This document shows, piece after piece, positions 58,201 to 64,000 of a stretch of DNA of 64,000 bases. Positions within the stretch are counted from its first letter, which is position 1, and each line of letters starts with the position of its first letter. The notes under the pieces are model-generated. The model had not been told where the DNA came from. It saw only the letters and a list, made by a program, of their open reading frames with translations, and made no database searches. The stretch covers positions 13,764,001-13,828,000 of the forward strand of contig OZ231126.1 in assembly GCA_965153355.1 (NCBI GenBank), written 5' to 3'. A program made the position numbers and the translations under genes. The DNA comes from Flaccisagitta enflata. Lineage: Eukaryota.

Positions 58201-59112
58201 GCGTAACGGACGGACGGACGGACGAACCGACGGACGGACGGACGGACAGACAGACCCTCTTATAAAGATGCGATGACGCATCTAAAAAGATTTTTTTTAG
58301 ACTCGCTCGTCAACAAATCTTTTCTGTCGCGTCGGATGACTTGACACAAAACCTGTCTTATTAGATCAAGAAAATTACAGAACCTGAACTGAGTGAACTC
58401 CACTCGTACAAATTTCCACTTTTTACGATTCGAATTCGACTCTCAATTTTCGAGCGACCAAATTTACGTTATAATGTAATTACGAAAAAACAATTAGTTA
58501 TAATAATGGCTATTAAGCAAAACACAATCGCTTAATCGTTCTTGGCCTTTTGCGTGTTTCATTGTGTGTAAAGCACGGTATTTTTTTGTGTGTGTACACA
58601 ATTCTTACTTTCTGCGCATAGATTCCCGGCACCTACCATTTGATTGATACGTTTGCTCTAAGCATAGAGACTCAAGACAAAATGGGTGTGACCAATTTCG
58701 AATAAAATATGTGCGATTAAATTCAAGTCATCGTCTGGTTTGATCGTTATTTTTTAGTCGCGGACACGCGACTCTACACCTTGCCGTGTCGGTCCGTCGG
58801 TCCGAAATCTTTTTGAATTGCGATTGGTTTACGCATAACTGCTCCTGCCCAACCGTCCGCGACTGGATTGCCGTGTATCCGGCCTTGTTTAGTTAGAACT
58901 TTCCACGAACAACGAGAAAAGACCGAAATCGTGTTGACTACAGAAATGATATACTCGCAATAGATCTGATAATTAATGTTCTTGCAAGTCGATCAAACAA
59001 TTGTGCACTTGATCGGAAATCAATTGTTAATTCATTCTTATCTGTTCCATTCTTTTACAGAATTAACGTCACGCGTATTGCGACAATACTACTCTCTCTC
59101 TCTCTCTCGCTT

Positions 59113-59237
<125 letters not shown>

Positions 59238-59270
59238 CGTTGATTGGGCGCGTCGAAAACGGCCAACACG

Positions 59271-61557
59271 ATGACGCAGCTTGCGGGTGAGTTTGCGTTA
59301 ATTACCTGATTTGCATACTGCAGTAACGCGAAAATTGTTTTTGTAGATAGACGACGGCACATGACATGATTTCAAACAAGTCGAATCGTAATAAGCATAA
59401 GCTCAAAAGCCTAAATTGTGAAAAATGATTTTCATAAATTTAGTTTTTTTCGCTTATCAATAGAATTTCAATCAAATTTACGTAAAAATACCCTCTAAAA
59501 CGACCTCATCTCGCTCTCCTCCCCCCCCCCTCCATCACCAATTTCAGGTCATCAAGGTGGATTCATCGACGGTCGTCCCGGATTCATGTTGAAAAAGTTG
59601 AACGAAAAAGAGTCTCGATGTTTGTCACTTCTCTCTAAAGACGTTCTTCGGTCTTTCGTCCCTTCAGTCGGAGGAATCGTGCAAATCGAAAACGGGAACA
59701 AATATCTGGAGATGAAGGCACTATGCGCCAAATGACGATGACTACGCGCACAGTGGCGATCATTTTGCTAAGATTTATAATATTTTTCATCTTAATCAGG
59801 GGCAATTCATTTTCAATACCATTTTCAAACTATACCAGCTGAAATACAACAAGGCTACCCAGTCCCATGCAAGTGGGCCAGGGCAGAGAGAAGATCACTT
59901 AAGTTTTAGGGCAGAAGCATTCAGCTAACAGGAGGCTGAACAACCAACGGCGAGACTGGCTGATCAACAGACTGACAAACCAACTTAGTGGGGGTCAGAG
60001 TCGTGTAGCATGCAACTTAAGAATGAAATTGTGAATATATATATTTACATAAAATGATGTCATGGTGTACAGAAACAGGAAATTTTGGTTTCATTTTATT
60101 TTTTACTTGTGATATGGATTTATAATCAAAAAATATTATTAAGATTTCAGTTAAATATTTTTGATATAATCTATAAGGTGTTTTACAAATGTTTAAAATC
60201 CAGAATACTGACTATTGTTTCATGACGATCAGAAATAAAAATTCAATATTTGAATTCCTTAGAAAAATAGTGAACAAAATTTCAAAATGTTGTTGGGTGA
60301 AATTATTTCATGGCCTCAAAAAAAAAAATTGCATTTCTAAGATCATGGCTTTTTCTGATATATTTTTTAGAAAAAGCCATGTGTTCAAAAATGCAAATTT
60401 GTTTATTCTATGCAATGATATAATTTCACCTAACAGGAGTGAGATGACAAAGTATAATTTTCTATAAAAAATCTTCTTTTTACCACCTTTTTTCAATACT
60501 TTATGTACAACAAATCTGTATATCAGAGATTATCTATGCAAAAATTTATTGTTCAACATCTAAAAAACATTTTTTCACTAAAAGAAATTAAAAAAACATA
60601 ATATAAAAAATATCTAAAAAATTGTAATGACACATGAAATTTCTTCTTCCCGTACACTGCGTCTGATATGGATTAAGATTTTTAAACTTTACTGTTATCG
60701 GTGGTGCATGGGGGTTTACCCATCGATATAATAGGAATCAAATCACTAAGAAAACAAACAATAAAAATAAGATCCAACCAAATGTGCAGTGGAATGCACA
60801 ATGGAAAAAATGGTAGAAATCCAGGCTATATCTGATTTTGGCGCACCGTGTCCCGAAAAAAAAAAAACAGGATTTATTGGTCGACTTTTCCTCCCCCGCA
60901 ATCATGGACGTCAAAATTGGGACTCGCACTTACGTCGCCGCCGAAAACGCCGCGGCGTGTGACGACGACGACGATGACGACGACGACGACGAAGAACGAC
61001 CTCGACCGGATTTATACGAGAAGATGATAGGCATCGATCCGAAGGCCCCCAACGAAAAGGAACACTCTTCCCGATCGATCACCAAGCTGCGCTATATGGA
61101 TTACCGCGACTCGATCTCGTCGACCAAGAGTTTGGGCTTCCGCATCGAAGCCATTAAGACTCTCGACGGCGACTCGACGAAAGACTTCAAGACGCTGAAA
61201 GACTTTGACGCCGTCAAGGCCGAATTCCGGCGATTTTGCGGCGGCGGCGGCGACGGCGCCGATTTAGCCGCCGGTTTCCTCAAACGCCTCCGGCTGCTCC
61301 GCGAAAGCCTCGACGAATCTACCTTTTTCCGGTCGCATCAGCTCGTCGGAAGCAGTTTGCTTTTCGCCCACGATTCGACGGGCAACTTGGGCGTGTGGAT
61401 GATCGACTTTTGCAACACGGACCCGCTTCCGGCCGGAGTCTCCATCACTCATTCGGAACCGTTCCAAGCTCGACGACAAAACGAAGACGGTTATCTGATC
61501 GGAGTCGAAAATATCCTCAGAATATTCGACGAAATACTCGAATCTTCAGCGGATTAA
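59271..61557 (+). CDS. ITPK: Inositol-trisphosphate 3-kinase (IPK family), catalytic domain only, ~290 aa; 3 exons
   Basis: Exons 59271-59286, 59548-59717, 60871-61557 (873 nt). Motifs: QLAGH, LKK, FVP, YLEMK|DLL, PAIMDVKIGTRTY (PxxxDxKxG), DLYEKM..DPKAP, TKLRYM, LGFRIEAIK, GSSLL, VWMIDF, EDGYLIG. Intron 2 requires a GC donor. In-frame TGA at 59241 upstream of the ATG. Confidence 0.9.
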
Positions 61558-62484
61558 TCGACAATCTATCGGATTTCTTTTCGAATTTATCCATTCCATC
61601 AAAGTAGAAAATGGACGTGTGGAATTGAACTATTTTATACTTTCATTAAAAAAAACGTAAGCGGCATTTGATAGTCATTGACTGATTGTAATTGTAATTG
61701 TAATTGTTGGGTCAATCATGCGATCTGCATTTTCTTGTTTCCGAGTCTCATAATCATAAACCTTGACCCTCACGCTGTTTCAACTCAATCACCATCATTC
61801 TTTACATCATACAATAACACCCCAATTCTCTTTATGCTGTAACACAATTTTCATCATGCTGTTCCACAATTCACATCGATGCGCAACATTCACTATGCTG
61901 TTACCCATCCATTCTCATCATTCTGTTACACATCAACGCTCATTAGTGATGATTCTGTTACACATCTATGCATATTAGTGATCATTCTGTTACAAATCAG
62001 CACTGATAAGTCATCATGCCGCTACACATCAACGCTCATCAGTGTTCATTTCTTTTTGAATCAATCAGTTAATCAGCTCATCAGTCTTCATTCTGTGTCA
62101 CGGCAAACTTCATTGTTCTCTTTCACCTCGGACATCATACTCATTCACTTTAGTTCTTACCATGATCCTACAAAACCTACATTGCATTCTGCATGATAAT
62201 CAATCAATTATAGTCCTTCTTGTCATCATGTTCCTCAAAATTTATCATCAATGATGATTCATTATTCTCATGCGACTCTAGGATCATTATGCCTGTTGTC
62301 ACTGTTACTTTTACATTATCATCGATCAATCAATCATGTGCATCAAACCCCATCATCCTCGTTTATTTCAATCAGCATCCTGCTAATGTGCAATTCATTT
62401 CATGCAAAATCAGGCTACGATATTATTTGAACATTTGGCACCGTTGCCTGAAACCATTCTTGGCCCCTTTTGGCCGATTTTTGT

Positions 62485-62573
<89 letters not shown>

Positions 62574-63437
62574 CTCTCTCTCTCTCTCTCATATGATATT
62601 ATTCTTTACTCGTTTCATTTTGGGGGACAAAACTCATTAAATCTTGTTTTGCAAATTGTTCAGACACCTTGTTTTATTGTTTAATTTCTTTATCGTTGAG
62701 TGATTTGGTGAGAAAATACCCTTAAAAACCACATGTGACATAGCTCCAGCAAAATTCGACAAATATAACGATTGAAATTTGAATAATTAGGTTTTTGTGT
62801 GCCTTTTTTTACAAATTGTGAATTGAGTACGTTTAATGCTGACTTTACAACCATTTCGCATGGTATTTTATTTAAGTTCAATAATTTAACAGAGAAACAA
62901 TTGTTTGCATATGATTGTCTGCAAGTATTTTTTAAAAGTCGTACAACTTTTGCCTAGACTTCTGTTTAGTTTTTCAGCAAAATGATGACTTGATAAGGAA
63001 GTCAGTGGCGATAGTCGGTAGTGTAGTAAAATAAAAGACTTACAGTAGATTATTCACATAACAAAATTAACATTGCATTGACCTTTTTGTGTGTGAATCT
63101 GGTTTTTTTAGTCCCTTGGGAAAATGGTCACAGATCTTTCTTGTCTTCCTTTGCAACTTTGCTCATAAAACAATTGTTTTTTTTTCATTGATGGTTTCCA
63201 TTTTATCGTTGATTACTTATCCCATTTACCTGAAAGGATAGACTCTGACAGGCAGAAAGTTATCGTAGTTCTTTTGTCTCGGTAGCTAACGTTTAGCTGC
63301 TGGCCAATAACTATGTCATCATCTTAAATTTCATGAATTGATAGTTGAGGTAGAAAGAATGTGTCTAGGGCAGGGATGGGATTTGTGACTAGGAATTGTG
63401 ACTAGGGTAGCATAGAAAGATCATCCTCATCATCATT

Positions 63438-63488
<51 letters not shown>

Positions 63489-64000
63489 GTCATTATCATT
63501 TTGAAATTCATCATCATCACCTTTATCTGCGACCCTCATTAGATGCAAGCATTTGAACTTTTGCATGAACTTTATCTTAAAACAAGAAGAAGGAAGTTAC
63601 TTTTACATAATGAAGTTTAATTGTTAAAAAATCGTTTAATTAACATATTCAATTTTTCAAAAGATTAATAGTTGAGTTCGTGATTGCAATTTCTTGGAGT
63701 CAGAAAAAGTGGATAGGCTAACCCAGTCGGGTGTGTCCATATGCAAAAGTATTTTGATCAGATGGTCATCATCAGAGATTGTTGGGACATTAATTTTACC
63801 GTTTTTCTTTTTCAAAATTTCATTCATCTTCTATTTTTTTCTAAATCCCCATTTAGCCCCTAATTTATATATTGTAGTGCAGCTGGTTTTGCACCTGGAT
63901 TATTGATAACAAGGAAAAGAATCAAAACACATTGGTTCTTTTATTCTTTATACTATAAAAAATTAGTCAAAATCTTCTGCTTTTATACAAGATGATTTAG

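Noticed and set aside
59749-60661. Transib-like element (CACAGTGG ... CACTGCG) in IP3K intron 2
   Set aside because: Ends match only briefly and I see no TSD.

Overview
Repeat-rich eukaryotic (probably invertebrate animal) genomic DNA with three intron-containing genes reconstructed by hand from splice sites and codon phase. (1) A 9-exon + strand type I L-asparaginase (ASPG-like, 6666-16218) that has an apparent signal peptide and stops right after the asparaginase domain, with no ankyrin repeats. (2) A 10-exon - strand coiled-coil gene resembling CCDC83 (36603-18183); its last intron is a ~12 kb stack of nested transposons and its exon boundaries are flanked by decaying tandem 'echo' copies. 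(3) A 3-exon + strand catalytic-domain-only inositol-trisphosphate 3-kinase (59271-61557) that needs a GC-AG intron. The rest is dominated by non-autonomous Helitron/Helentron (DINE-1/HINE-like) families, Tc1/mariner, hAT, MULE-like and CAC-ended MITEs, two Penelope-like retroelement fragments with candidate hammerhead ribozymes, and long microsatellites. Most ORFs in the supplied track are repeat artefacts. All family assignments come from motif recognition, not database searches.
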